64,000 nt of DNA from a virus (Duplodnaviria > Caudoviricetes), in IMG/VR virus record IMGVR_UViG_3300022848_000005. One strand, given 5' to 3'. The notes under the pieces were generated by a model. The model made no database searches. It had not been told where the DNA came from and saw only the letters and a program-made list of their open reading frames with translations. The position numbers and the translations under genes are program-made. Below are positions 32,101-41,371 of this stretch, piece by piece (position 1 is the stretch's first letter; each line of letters opens with the position of its first letter).

Positions 32101-32532
32101 CCAGTTAATTACTGTGTTGCTGATATTTTTTCCAGTGCCATCTCTGAGAGTTTCTGTAGTACTTAGAGCCTGAAATTTCAGGAATCCGCTGCCTGGTATA
32201 CTGCGCTTAGGGTTATAGCTAACTAGCCGTGCTAGTCGCAGAATACTGTCTCTGCGCTCAGCAGTATCAATAAAGTTTTCACGGGAGTTTAAGTCTGCTC
32301 TAAATGCTAGACTTTGTCCCATGTATGCAATTAAATCTATTAGAGCGATGTACTCACTTGATTCAGTAAAATCATTGAAGTCTTCAGGATAGTAAAGTTG
32401 TAGATAGTCAATCATAGACTTTCGCAGAGTCGAGAAATCGTAACTCTGGAAGTCTGCCTCCCTGAAACTTTGATAGACTTTTTTCCAGTCTTCTGCGGCT
32501 AAAAGCCCTACTTGTCGTTCGTTTATCGCCAT
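29155..32532 (-). CDS. gp6: Baseplate wedge subunit
   Basis: DFQSYDFSTLR..YPEDFNDFTESSEYIALIDLIAY..ENFIDTAERR; RMVNGEDY. Confidence 0.85.
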   Translation of the reverse strand: MAINERQVGLLAAEDWKKVYQSFREADFQSYDFSTLRKSMIDYLQLYYPEDFNDFTESSEYIALIDLIAYMGQSLAFRADLNSRENFIDTAERRDSILRLARLVSYNPKRSIPGSGFLKFQALSTTETLRDGTGKNISNTVINWNDTSNPDWEEQWNSILNSAMITGQKVGKAGNSQTLNKVKTQEYTLQIDNASLSVFPFQKTIDGTKTNFELVSPTTLNQQYVYEENVAPDGTFQVLYKNDNLGNASNTTGYFFYFKQGSLNSIDLNFEESLSNRVANININNINNTDVWLYSLDDNNNEVDLWSAVPSVASANVIYNSDTSASRNAYQVTTRQNDQTNLVFGDGAFANIPQGKFRLYYRVSNGLTYQITPNDLQAISFNIAYLSKLNRIETLSVTASLQYTVTNATARETADDIRLKAPQQYYTQNRMVNGEDYNIFPFTSFSDLVKVKAVNRTSSGISRFLDVADTSGRYSSTNIFCEDGLLYRKEANKTFAFDFVTVADIQNTFNNQVNPALAERETLHFYYDKFNRYTVASLSWQQSTVATNASTGYFVNAAGDSQNIGSYVGDNRKYLTENSLVKFDAPSGKYFTAGNLLKTGSPTLPGDRTTIWGSISDVVTDGTNGGLGNLENGNGPVTLNDIVPTGAEMSQIIPTYSNTPSATVQTAMIALIKVYDEFGLGYEQGTRTWYIIADADLDLVNDFSLTNAKNTTSASLDASWLMHFKATNQVYTSTYRNLEYLYESEGETNFYVDDNVKIYDPRQGRIIRDNIKVLKTNSQPDSSDSFTIDTSLQVYKSVLEADGYINTKRVRISFTDRDDDGIADDPDFFETLVSPDTNPNNKLVFFKPSTDQYSFNDVTPLTTGTVSTEFTALDELEANKNDYPTGQIFFTTTTKLFYQASLVNNVKVVNSLSGYLYYTGRQGFYFQYRHNAPGYKRIDPNPSNIIDLFLLTNDHNDNFRLWARDTTARIVQPTRPTSESLRLNYATLENFKSISDTIIYNSAKFKPLFGIKADNGLRATFKVVKNPNVNISDSEIRVQVVTALDEYFALENWDFGESFYFSELSAYLHAELVPNVASIVIVPDNSNYGNLQQISCNADEIFISVATVDQVAIVPSLTASNLKLG

Positions 32533-32550
32533 ATTAAGTATACCTTTAAG

Positions 32551-32557
32551 TATTTAT
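32551..32557 (-). promoter_or_regulatory. Late promoter
   Basis: ATAAATA in the gap upstream of gp6. Confidence 0.6.
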
Positions 32558-32578
32558 TGCAATTAAAATGTGCTACTT

Positions 32579-32959
32579 TTATAAGTTGCCTACGCTAAGA
32601 CCTTGAGATTCCTGATCAAATTGCAGTAGCAGAGACTCTGTAATGTCCTCTGCTAGGTAGGATAAATCTAACTCTACCTGCACTCCTTGCTCATACTCTA
32701 CTACGTTTACACTGTTTACAGCTATTCTGGGGTCGTAACTTGCAATAGCCCGTATATCATCTATAATTGCCTGTTTAGTTGTGTCAGTAAGTGGGTCAAA
32801 TACAATACTCCAGAGATTACTACCAAAATTTGGATTATGCAACTTCTCACCTTTTCTTATATGAAAGTGGTTGATTAGATCCTGTTTTGCTAATTCAAAA
32901 TCAGTGTAGCGAATCTTTCTAGTATTATTTACTGTGCTGAACCCTTTATATGTTATCAT
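32579..32959 (-). CDS. gp25: Baseplate wedge subunit
   Basis: KQDLINHFHIRKGEKLHNPNFGS..I..YDPRI. Confidence 0.9.
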   Translation of the reverse strand: MITYKGFSTVNNTRKIRYTDFELAKQDLINHFHIRKGEKLHNPNFGSNLWSIVFDPLTDTTKQAIIDDIRAIASYDPRIAVNSVNVVEYEQGVQVELDLSYLAEDITESLLLQFDQESQGLSVGNL

Positions 32960-33756
32960 TTCTTAACTCCTAATACGCTTATACCGTAAGCACCATGTTG
33001 TGCTAACGAGTCTGCTAATTTGTTTGATGTGTTTCCTGGCTGTGCGACTGTACGCCACTGTTTAGCGGCCGCTGGTCCCAACTTAGTACTTACTGCCATC
33101 ATTGCCCCTTGTAGTTCGGCAGTATCAGTAGGTTTTATGCCACCGTTGGACTGCATTTTGTTAAAAAATCCTGACAATGCATTCTTAAATCCTGTTTCCT
33201 GAGCTTTAGGGTTATTCAGAAAACCAGCCTTGTTTCCTGGCATGCTTCCTCCCTTCCAGCTCGACGGGTTGTTTACTATTTCAGAGGCGGATAACTGTCC
33301 TAATCTAAACTTATCACCTACTCCAGACTGAAGCATTCCAGCCTCTTGTAACATACTAGGATCCATTTTAAACTTTCCTAATAGTCCGTCGACGTCTGTG
33401 TTATATCTGCCTTCGGCAAAACCGGTGTTGAAGTTTGCAAGTTCTGTTGTTAGTCCGTCTAGTTGCCCCGCATTCAAGTTACCGAGCTCCTGTAAACCAC
33501 CATCCTTATTAAGCTGGTCTATGGACTGTTGAAATTTACTGGCGAGATCATCTGGCAAGTCTATGCCATCAGCTAATACTTCATTAAGTTGGTCAAACCC
33601 TTCTTCGGGAACCTCTAATGTTGCAAGTTGTCCAGAAAGTTTGGCAGTAATGCTATCGAAACCCTTAAAGTTTTTTATTTTATCAAATCCCTTTGTTACC
33701 TTGCTATCTAGTTTGGGATCATTAAAAAGAACATCTGCCTCTTCTGTTAAAGCCAT
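32956..33756 (-). CDS. Hypothetical protein, possibly a degenerate lytic-enzyme-like domain
   Basis: Coupled to the gp5-like gene; LGKFKM..L.EAG..NNPKAQE segment only faintly resembles lysozyme-fold proteins. Confidence 0.5.
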   Translation of the reverse strand: MALTEEADVLFNDPKLDSKVTKGFDKIKNFKGFDSITAKLSGQLATLEVPEEGFDQLNEVLADGIDLPDDLASKFQQSIDQLNKDGGLQELGNLNAGQLDGLTTELANFNTGFAEGRYNTDVDGLLGKFKMDPSMLQEAGMLQSGVGDKFRLGQLSASEIVNNPSSWKGGSMPGNKAGFLNNPKAQETGFKNALSGFFNKMQSNGGIKPTDTAELQGAMMAVSTKLGPAAAKQWRTVAQPGNTSNKLADSLAQHGAYGISVLGVKK

Positions 33757-35321
33757 TATAATAGATTCCTGTAAAATCTAGCAATTTGCTCTGGTGTCTT
33801 AGGGTTAATTCTGCGAGGGTATGGTTCGTGTGTAGGTACCCAATTTAATATAGACTCTATACTGGGCTCTTTTTCTTCCTGCCAGATAACACCATCGCTA
33901 TTAACTACATCTGTGTACTTTTCTTTAGGCAACTTTTCTACAACAGGACTGCTTGGGGCTGGGCCACTATTAAGATTTATAGTGGATCCCTGGTAATTAA
34001 GAGTGGCGGCACAGTTCCAACCACTTGACGTCGTTGAATTTAATGCAATAGAACCATCAGTAAGCATAGTAAAGTCCTCGCCCTGATGCATTCGTGTGGT
34101 TTTTAGACTCTTCATATACATATCAGTAGTTTCTGTCTTAATTTTGTTCTTACCACGTATGTTTACTTCATTGCCTGCTTCTAGATTAATGTTGTTATCT
34201 GCACGTAAGTTAAGGTCTAGACCTGTTCTAATGTTTAGACTGTTATTACTAAAGATTGTTATCTGTCCGACAGCGTCTATCTCTATCCAGGCTAGACCGT
34301 TAGCATGCTGTATATGTATAAACTCTTCTGTGTCATGCATGGTGATCTGATGACCACGACTTGATCTGATTCGCACAAGGTTGTTTTGTCCTGCTACATC
34401 GCCATCATCCATAGTAAGGCTGTGACCGCCTCGCCTTGCTTTGTTGCCTTTGTTTACGTAATCTTTAACTTCGTCTGATTCGGCAGTTCCTGCTTTTAAT
34501 TTTCTAACAAGGGTAGCGTCTTGGGCTATGTCTTTACGGGTTCTGCCAGGAGTGCTAAAACCAAATACCTGACTAGGGGTATCTCTCTGTGCGCTACTAG
34601 TAATAGGTCCACGGTCTTTATCGTTCTGTATTCCTTGTACAATAAACTGTTTGTACAGGTCTTCGTGAATGCCCCTAGTTGAACCATAGAATGTTTCCAT
34701 CACAGACTCTTCTCCGTTACCGGCACCATCTTGATTCTGTGTTTTAAATTGCACTTCACCTACAGGAAACTTGATTCCTTCTAGGTCACTGGGGTTTTCA
34801 GTAAACCACTGTGTTAGACTTTCCTGAAAAGCTGGTATCATCAGATCGCTCTGGTACTCAGCACCAAAGTTAACTACACTACCGTTCTGGTCATTATAGC
34901 TTCTAGAACCTATACTAGGTACCATGTGGTTCTTAAGGGGTTCAGGAATGCAACCTATCCAGTATGCCTTGTTAATATCATGTTCAGCGAAGATAATCAT
35001 AACCCTAACACCTATATCAGGCGGCACCATCCAGAAGCCGTAGCTCTGTTGTGTTTTGTCGTATCTCTTGCCTTCTTCCGATGCGTTCATGTTTGTAAAG
35101 CCCATAAAAGGACTTAGGTACTGGCAAATTACCCAGCCGGTGGGATCCTCGGGATTAACACTGCCCAATGATGGTATGTAAACCTGAAGTCTGCCGTTTC
35201 TAGAATAATCTATGTTATTCTTTATAACTCCTATCCAGGGCCCAGCACTAATTAAATCTCCGGAATGTACCGACTGAAGATTTTTTATACTTGCAAATTT
35301 TTCTGTGTTATTAACCGCCAT
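33756..35321 (-). CDS. gp5: Baseplate hub / spike protein (gp5/VgrG-like OB fold and beta-helix)
   Basis: GPWIGVIKNNID..GRLQVYIP, SYGFWMVPPD, GGHSLTMDDGD..LVRIRSSRGHQITMHD, PTHEPY. Confidence 0.75.
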   Translation of the reverse strand: MAVNNTEKFASIKNLQSVHSGDLISAGPWIGVIKNNIDYSRNGRLQVYIPSLGSVNPEDPTGWVICQYLSPFMGFTNMNASEEGKRYDKTQQSYGFWMVPPDIGVRVMIIFAEHDINKAYWIGCIPEPLKNHMVPSIGSRSYNDQNGSVVNFGAEYQSDLMIPAFQESLTQWFTENPSDLEGIKFPVGEVQFKTQNQDGAGNGEESVMETFYGSTRGIHEDLYKQFIVQGIQNDKDRGPITSSAQRDTPSQVFGFSTPGRTRKDIAQDATLVRKLKAGTAESDEVKDYVNKGNKARRGGHSLTMDDGDVAGQNNLVRIRSSRGHQITMHDTEEFIHIQHANGLAWIEIDAVGQITIFSNNSLNIRTGLDLNLRADNNINLEAGNEVNIRGKNKIKTETTDMYMKSLKTTRMHQGEDFTMLTDGSIALNSTTSSGWNCAATLNYQGSTINLNSGPAPSSPVVEKLPKEKYTDVVNSDGVIWQEEKEPSIESILNWVPTHEPYPRRINPKTPEQIARFYRNLL

Positions 35322-37792
35322 TATTGATTAAATCCTGTTTTAAAACTGCCAGTCTGAATTGCACGGGTTTGTGCTTTGGTCAGAGCAGTCTGGTTTTGAG
35401 AGGCTGTTTGTGTGGCAGGGGCACGGGCGTTTGTGTTGGCCGCTAACCCCGTAAACACACTGGATCCGTTAGATGTAACTATGTTTGACTGTATGCCTGG
35501 TATTCCTGCAGACAAATTGTCTGCGTCAGACTGCAACGCAGGCATATTGGCCGCTAACCCCGTAAACACACTAGTACCAGGACTAAAAGAGCTTAGGCTT
35601 CCAGCAATTGTGCTTCCTATACTGGTTACGTTACCGCCTGATTTCTTAGGTTCTGTGCCTAGTCCAGGCTGATTAAACAACCTAACGGTAGTTAGTACCT
35701 GTGTGAACTGACCACCACTAAAGTTGCTGTTGACTTCAATAATCTTGTACACTCCGCTATACGCACTGTCAAAATATGCTGGGTTATTAGATTTTACTAA
35801 CATTCCAGTATTTTCGTCCCAGTCCTGTGGGCTCTTATAATTTATAAGACAGGTAAGTTCGTCTTCAGAGTTTAAGATGTTTAAACTATTACCTGCAATA
35901 ACATTTTCGTTGTATCCTACCAAAAAGTCAGGATCCCCTATAATAGTTAACTTAACTTCCACCATGTCTCCCATGGAGTTTGTATACTGATTGTTAATTA
36001 GTACTCTGTCGTCCTGTTGTTCGTAATCACTGGATTCCGTAGCCTGTCCACTTTCAATATCAGCATTTGTGTTCTCTGACTGCTGTGGCTGGATACCACT
36101 AGTTGTTTGTGAATCACCAGCATCTGTTTTCGATACTCTATTTCCAGTGTCACCAGAACGAGTAACCTCGCCAGATGCCAATACATATTTGGCAGGATTG
36201 CCCAATACTTGCTGATAATACAAAGCATCAAACTTTATATTAAAGTCTATTACAGAATCGTTTTTTCCTGTAAAGATATAGTCGTAACGCTTAACCGGTT
36301 TAGTTTCTCCCCAACCCGGATAGGATGCAACAGTTCTATTAGAGACGTTATACTTTGATATCACAAAGGTGTTTTCCCTGGCATACTTCTGTAGACTAAC
36401 GTTAAACTGTTTAATTGTTTTTTTATTTCTTGTCCTAAACCAACTTAATGGCTTTCCAACGTCTTCAGATAGTTTTTCTAATGCCGCCTGCTTGACTTTG
36501 GGATCAGTCATATTCCCTATCTTGTTAATATTTTCTGGACTTAATTTCTGAGACTTTATGTAACTACTCTGTTGTATAATTATTGTGTTAATCATCTTAA
36601 TAATATTTGTGCCAGCACTAAAATCAATTTTTATATCCCCTGACGGTATCTTTTTCTGTGCGTCAATAAATGCATGACTCGCTGTTACATCAAATGCGCC
36701 TTGCGGTGTGGGCACCATAGATGTTTTGTCAGCAGACTTAACATCGTTGTTAAACTTAATGGGGGCGTTTTTTATTTCGTCGTCTATCTCAAATTTTATT
36801 GTGTGGCAAAAATTGTCGCCAGCAACAATATCAGGATCTGCTTTCTTTTGTTTTTCCAGAGATACCTTGTAGTAGTTGTTATAGAATTCTGTTAAATCGT
36901 TAAAGAAATCTCCCACAGTCTTGCTTTTACTGCTGAAGTTTTCGTGTATGCTACACTCATTACTAAACAAGGCACTGTCGCTATATGCAACTGCTTGCAC
37001 ATCGTACTCACCACCTGACTTGCTTACTCTGTGTTGTATTTCTGTAAATTTAATAGGAGTAATAAAAGGCACACTACTTTCTTTAAAGGTATTGCTGTCT
37101 TCTATATTATCATATCCTTTAAACTGTATAGATAGAGAATAGGGCACATCTAGATAGTTCTTTATGCCCATATCCTGACATAAAGCCAGTAACCTATTAA
37201 AAAACGTAAGACCGCCGGGCTCTGTAATAGTAAAATTAATTGATGTTGCATTTGAACCACCAGTGACTTTGTTAAGTCCAATTATACTATTCAGATCTAA
37301 ATCGTCAATGTAGAAGTCAACATCAAAATATGCGGCTCGGCGTTCTTTTAGGATACCACCAGACGCTATCATTATGTTTTGATCTAAAGAGTCATAGTCG
37401 CCGTCATTAAATGCGTTCAACATGTCAGGAGTCATTACACCCAGTTTAATATTATATGTGTAATTTAAAAACTCGTTAAGTGGGTTTTTTCTTATTCCAC
37501 TAGTGCCTTGTTGGGTAACTAGGTTTTTGTCACCGTGATCAAATACGCCTGCAGGATCAAACTTGCTTACAAGGTTTACTGCACTGCCAAGGTCCGCAGG
37601 TATTATACCACCCGCTAGGTTAAATGGTGACGGTGCCCGAGGCTCTTTAGGTGGTTGCGCATCAGCCTGATTAGCTAGCCCAACGGGTCCTATATTGCCA
37701 CCGTTACTGCCTGCTATACCTGCGCCTGACGTAGATGTGGTAACGTTTGGATTTAACCTACGCTGTTGAGCGGCACTTAATCCATCAGCCAT
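35321..37792 (-). CDS. Baseplate hub protein (gp27-like)
   Basis: NPLNEFLNYTYNI, FYIDDL..FTITEP, V.LTIIGDP, YSGVYKIIEVNSNFSGGQFTQVL. Confidence 0.6.
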   Translation of the reverse strand: MADGLSAAQQRRLNPNVTTSTSGAGIAGSNGGNIGPVGLANQADAQPPKEPRAPSPFNLAGGIIPADLGSAVNLVSKFDPAGVFDHGDKNLVTQQGTSGIRKNPLNEFLNYTYNIKLGVMTPDMLNAFNDGDYDSLDQNIMIASGGILKERRAAYFDVDFYIDDLDLNSIIGLNKVTGGSNATSINFTITEPGGLTFFNRLLALCQDMGIKNYLDVPYSLSIQFKGYDNIEDSNTFKESSVPFITPIKFTEIQHRVSKSGGEYDVQAVAYSDSALFSNECSIHENFSSKSKTVGDFFNDLTEFYNNYYKVSLEKQKKADPDIVAGDNFCHTIKFEIDDEIKNAPIKFNNDVKSADKTSMVPTPQGAFDVTASHAFIDAQKKIPSGDIKIDFSAGTNIIKMINTIIIQQSSYIKSQKLSPENINKIGNMTDPKVKQAALEKLSEDVGKPLSWFRTRNKKTIKQFNVSLQKYARENTFVISKYNVSNRTVASYPGWGETKPVKRYDYIFTGKNDSVIDFNIKFDALYYQQVLGNPAKYVLASGEVTRSGDTGNRVSKTDAGDSQTTSGIQPQQSENTNADIESGQATESSDYEQQDDRVLINNQYTNSMGDMVEVKLTIIGDPDFLVGYNENVIAGNSLNILNSEDELTCLINYKSPQDWDENTGMLVKSNNPAYFDSAYSGVYKIIEVNSNFSGGQFTQVLTTVRLFNQPGLGTEPKKSGGNVTSIGSTIAGSLSSFSPGTSVFTGLAANMPALQSDADNLSAGIPGIQSNIVTSNGSSVFTGLAANTNARAPATQTASQNQTALTKAQTRAIQTGSFKTGFNQ
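35436..35572. repeat. Two exact 26-nt direct repeats, 111 nt apart and in frame
   Basis: TTGGCCGCTAACCCCGTAAACACACT at 35436 and 35547, encoding SVFTGLAAN twice. Confidence 0.9.
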
Positions 37793-37795
37793 GTC

Positions 37796-38101
37796 TTAGA
37801 GTCCTAATGCACTGTTAACAGTGTCTTTGTTGGGAATATAGATTGTTGTGCCAGTGGCAAAATCAAAAATAGGATCACGTAGTGTATTAGGGTTACGTGC
37901 CATAAACACCCACCATAAATTAACATCCTGATACAAGTCAAACGCCATTAAATCTGGTCTGTACTTGTAGGTTTCTGTAATCATGTATTCTATATCACCA
38001 CGGTTTGCTGGGATCTTCCTGTAGTTTAGTACGTCCAAATACTTGTTGTTGACAACATTGGTATTGAAGTAAGGACTTGATCTTTTATAGGTGACAGACA
38101 T
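37796..38101 (-). CDS. gp53: Baseplate wedge LysM-like subunit
   Basis: YKYRPDLMAFDLY..LWWVF..N. Confidence 0.85.
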   Translation of the reverse strand: MSVTYKRSSPYFNTNVVNNKYLDVLNYRKIPANRGDIEYMITETYKYRPDLMAFDLYQDVNLWWVFMARNPNTLRDPIFDFATGTTIYIPNKDTVNSALGL

Positions 38102-39069
38102 TATAAGAATCCTCCATTGCCTTTAAGCAGTGAGCCCTTACTAAAATCTTCCCAGGTAAACTTGTTAGCTATAGTGCTTCTACTGTATACCGGCTGTAGA
38201 CTTACTTGTATCGACGACTTTGTTGGGATCCTGGCTCGCTTGCTAGAGGACTGTACCCGTCTGACTTGTCCGGGTGTTTGGAATTGTGCGCCAAGTTGAT
38301 TAGTAATTGTGCTTGTGCTCGTGGCTAATCCTGTTTGTAATGCCTGCAATTGCGGCGGTAATATACTGCCTAACACAAGAGTATTAGTTGTTAACCCAGG
38401 CTGTACTGTGCATTCTATATAGTCTGTGTTGCTAGGCATTGTGTGAGTAAAGTTAGTTACTACACAAGAAACATGAGGCAGATAATAATCACCGTATCCA
38501 TCTATATAAACGATTGGAGGCGGGTTGCCTGAATTAGGTCCACCGTAGAACATCTTGGTTGCTGATCTAAAAAACCATATCATGCCTAAAACATACCGTG
38601 CCTGATCTTCTGTCTGTGCAGTGAAATCTGCACTAATGCTGATAGCACCTACCTCACTGTTATTGTAAAAGTAGCTAGGGAAGTTGCTGTGTGTGGGTGT
38701 CAGTGACCCGTAACTTGCATTGTGTGTTACAGCAATATTAGGAGTAAAAGGAAAAACCACTCCGTTGGCTTCAGATAATGCACTCATTGGGCCTGTACTA
38801 AAATCAAAGGGACCTGCTAGAGGAGCAGTTACTTTGACTTTCCAGTCATTTTCTGCGGCTAGATTACCGCCCTGAATACTACCAAAGAATACTTCTGGCA
38901 AGCTGTCTGACCGCTTTCTTTTCCCCCCAGGCATAAGATTGTTAATGTTTAGTCTTGATAGACTGGGGTTACTAATTAATTCTGTGGCCTTTTTGGCTAT
39001 GTCCTGTGCTTGGCCAGTTATCCCGTTGGATTTATTGGTTAAGTTGGACAAAAAATTCTTAAATGGCAT
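38101..39069 (-). CDS. Baseplate tail-tube initiator/cap-like protein (gp48/gp54-like)
   Basis: GVVFPFTPNI..HSN..FY..S.V..ISISADFT..WFFRSATKMFYG..GNPPPI. Confidence 0.65.
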   Translation of the reverse strand: MPFKNFLSNLTNKSNGITGQAQDIAKKATELISNPSLSRLNINNLMPGGKRKRSDSLPEVFFGSIQGGNLAAENDWKVKVTAPLAGPFDFSTGPMSALSEANGVVFPFTPNIAVTHNASYGSLTPTHSNFPSYFYNNSEVGAISISADFTAQTEDQARYVLGMIWFFRSATKMFYGGPNSGNPPPIVYIDGYGDYYLPHVSCVVTNFTHTMPSNTDYIECTVQPGLTTNTLVLGSILPPQLQALQTGLATSTSTITNQLGAQFQTPGQVRRVQSSSKRARIPTKSSIQVSLQPVYSRSTIANKFTWEDFSKGSLLKGNGGFL

Positions 39070-39079
39070 GGGGTTTCCT

Positions 39080-39108
39080 TTGCATTATGTATTTATTGGT
39101 GTTATAAT
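39080..39108 (+). promoter_or_regulatory. sigma70-type promoter of gp55
   Basis: TTGCAT-N17-TATAAT with extended -10 TGn. Confidence 0.7.
39090..39096 (-). promoter_or_regulatory. Late promoter of the baseplate operon
   Basis: ATAAATA upstream of AAGGA and the ATG at 39069. Confidence 0.65.
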
Positions 39109-39137
39109 ATGCTAATATAAAGAAGGTAAATAATAAC

Positions 39138-40046
39138 ATGCGCAAAAAGAATTATCTTAATAACAAAGACATATTAAAAGAAATACACAAATCAAAGAAT
39201 ACCTACTGTTATTTTAGCGATCCCAGTATTGCAGATTATGACATGATCCTACTTAACGTAGATAAAATTCATAAAACAAACATTAAAGAAGCACTTAAAC
39301 TACGTGCTGACCGTCTATCAAAACTTGCGGTTGAAGCGGCACAGGCAGCAGATCCCAAGACAAAGGTTAAATTAGACGAATTTAAAATAAAGGCCGGTAG
39401 TATTCCTGTTACTGATTTGATATTTAGAGTTATGACTTTTGAACATATCCCGCTTAAGGAACCTAAAAAATCTTTGAGCAAGGGAGAGACTGTCGATGAA
39501 GACGAAGTAGAAGTAGTTGAAGAGTACGAACCAGATCCAGCTAAAAGAGCTAAAAAATTTCGTGCAAAGTATCTTAAATTAAACTTCCCACCGTTCTTTC
39601 ATTACAAAATTAACGAAGAATGCGAGCCTTATTTGGTGGGTAAGAGTCATTGGAAGGGTGAGTTAGACACAGGTGAGTTTTGCAAAGAGCACGGCACCAT
39701 GACCAACAAACTAGCACACATGTTTATGAAACTGTGCGAGCGTTATGCTACTCGTAGTAACTGGCGTGGATACACATACAATGACGAGATGCGTAGCCAG
39801 GCATTGCTACAGTTAGCACAAATAGGGTTACAGTTTGACGAGTCTAAGTCACAAAATCCTTTTGCTTACTACACTGCCGCTATTACAAACAGTTTTACCA
39901 GAGTATTGCACATCGAAAAGAAAGTTCAGAGCATACGTGATGACATACTAGAGATGAATAACTTTACGCCTAGTTCTACTAGACAGAACGCAGAGGTCTG
40001 GGAACGAGAAGAAGGACGTAATCATCCTGGTAAACTTAACTCTTGA
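39138..40046 (+). CDS. gp55: Late-transcription sigma factor
   Basis: NYLNNKDIL, RYATRSNWRGYTYNDEM, NPFAYYTAAITNSF. Confidence 0.9.
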   Translation: MRKKNYLNNKDILKEIHKSKNTYCYFSDPSIADYDMILLNVDKIHKTNIKEALKLRADRLSKLAVEAAQAADPKTKVKLDEFKIKAGSIPVTDLIFRVMTFEHIPLKEPKKSLSKGETVDEDEVEVVEEYEPDPAKRAKKFRAKYLKLNFPPFFHYKINEECEPYLVGKSHWKGELDTGEFCKEHGTMTNKLAHMFMKLCERYATRSNWRGYTYNDEMRSQALLQLAQIGLQFDESKSQNPFAYYTAAITNSFTRVLHIEKKVQSIRDDILEMNNFTPSSTRQNAEVWEREEGRNHPGKLNS

Positions 40047-40070
40047 CATTTGTCCTAGATGCTGTAAAAT
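40043..40070 (+). promoter_or_regulatory. sigma70-type promoter of gp47
   Basis: TTGACA-N16-TAAAAT, ATG 6 nt later. Confidence 0.65.
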
Positions 40071-40076
40071 TATAGC

Positions 40077-41090
40077 ATGCCTGCATTTAAACGAGCCGCA
40101 GTATTTACGGATATACACTTTGGATTAAAGTCTAACAGTCAGTTGCACAATGATGACTGTTTAAACTTTGTTGACTGGGTTATTAAAACAGCAAAAGAAA
40201 AAGAATGTGATACCTGTATAATGATGGGAGACTGGCATAATAATCGTGCAAGTATAAACATTGTTACACTTAACTACAGTCTTAAAGCCCTAGAACGTTT
40301 AGGCAAGGCGTTTAACCGAGTGTTGTTTATCCCTGGCAATCACGACTTGTACTACAGAGACAAACGTGAGGTGCAGTCAGCAGAGTGGGCTAAACATATC
40401 CCTAATATTCAAATAGTCAATGACTTTTATAATGAAGATGATATTGTAATTGTGCCTTGGTTAGTAGGTGACGAGCATAAAAAGATACCTAAGATGTCTG
40501 GCAAGTTTATGTTTGGACATTTTGAGTTGCCTAATTTTTATATGAATGCTATGATACAGATGCCAGATCATGGTGAGATAAAAAATGAACACTTTGGTGG
40601 CATAGAGCATGTGTTTAGTGGACACTTCCACAAACGTCAAACACAAGGCAATATCACATACACAGGCAATGCCTTCCCTCACAACTATGCAGATGCAGGA
40701 GATGATGATCGTGGTTTAATGATACTGGACTGGTCAGGTGAGAAGGAATTTATCAGTTGGCCCGATCAACCTAGTTACCGTGTGTTTGACCTTAGTCAAA
40801 TAATAGATCATGCAGACACATTACTAAGACCTAACATGCATGTTAGGGTTAACTTAGATATTGAGATCAGTTACGAAGAAGCAAATTTTATTAAAGACAC
40901 CTTTGTAGGCACACACAAACTACGTGAGATTACGTTACTGCCTAAAAAGAACGAACACAGCAATCAAGCCACTACCGCTGTGCGGATAGAGTTTAAAAGT
41001 GTAGATCAAATCGTAACAAATCAGATCACAGCTATTGACAGCAATCAGTTTGACAAGAAGTTATTGTTAGACATCTACCAAAATTTATAG
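40077..41090 (+). CDS. gp47: Recombination nuclease subunit (Mre11/SbcD)
   Basis: DIHFG, GDWH, GNHD, GHFE, SGHFH phosphoesterase motifs. Confidence 0.92.
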   Translation: MPAFKRAAVFTDIHFGLKSNSQLHNDDCLNFVDWVIKTAKEKECDTCIMMGDWHNNRASINIVTLNYSLKALERLGKAFNRVLFIPGNHDLYYRDKREVQSAEWAKHIPNIQIVNDFYNEDDIVIVPWLVGDEHKKIPKMSGKFMFGHFELPNFYMNAMIQMPDHGEIKNEHFGGIEHVFSGHFHKRQTQGNITYTGNAFPHNYADAGDDDRGLMILDWSGEKEFISWPDQPSYRVFDLSQIIDHADTLLRPNMHVRVNLDIEISYEEANFIKDTFVGTHKLREITLLPKKNEHSNQATTAVRIEFKSVDQIVTNQITAIDSNQFDKKLLLDIYQNL

Positions 41091-41096
41091 TATAAT
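41068..41096 (+). promoter_or_regulatory. sigma70-type promoter of gp46-N
   Basis: TAGACA-N17-TATAAT, ATG 8 nt later, no SD. Confidence 0.6.
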
Positions 41097-41104
41097 ACAA
41101 ACCT

Positions 41105-41371
41105 ATGTTCAAGATTACTGATATTAGTGTGAAAAATTTTATGAGCGTTGGAAACAGCACTCAGGGTATTCGGTTTGACAGAAATGACCTAACACTTGTA
41201 CTGGGGCAGAATTTAGACCTAGGTGGTGATGACACAGGCGCACGTAATGGTACAGGCAAGTGTCTTTGTATAAATACATTAGTAAAAGTTCGAAATACAG
41301 AAACCGGCGAAGTAACAGAACTTACTATGGGAGAATTGTATAATGCCGCGGTGGGACAACAGCCTAAATGA
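41105..41371 (+). CDS. gp46: gp46 (Rad50/SbcC) N-extein (52 aa) fused to split-intein N-fragment (36 aa)
   Basis: KNFMSVGN..GARNGTGK (half Walker A), then CLCINTLVKVR (intein block A). Confidence 0.92.
   Translation: MFKITDISVKNFMSVGNSTQGIRFDRNDLTLVLGQNLDLGGDDTGARNGTGKCLCINTLVKVRNTETGEVTELTMGELYNAAVGQQPK
41261..41368 (+). mobile_element. Split intein N-fragment (IntN, 36 aa)
   Basis: CLCINTLVKVRNTETGEVTELTMGELYNAAVGQQPK; Cys1 directly follows the Walker A Lys. Confidence 0.88.

Noticed and set aside
35436-35572. Mini CRISPR array (26-nt direct repeats)
   Set aside because: Only two copies, an 85-nt gap, non-palindromic, in frame within a structural gene, and no cas genes.
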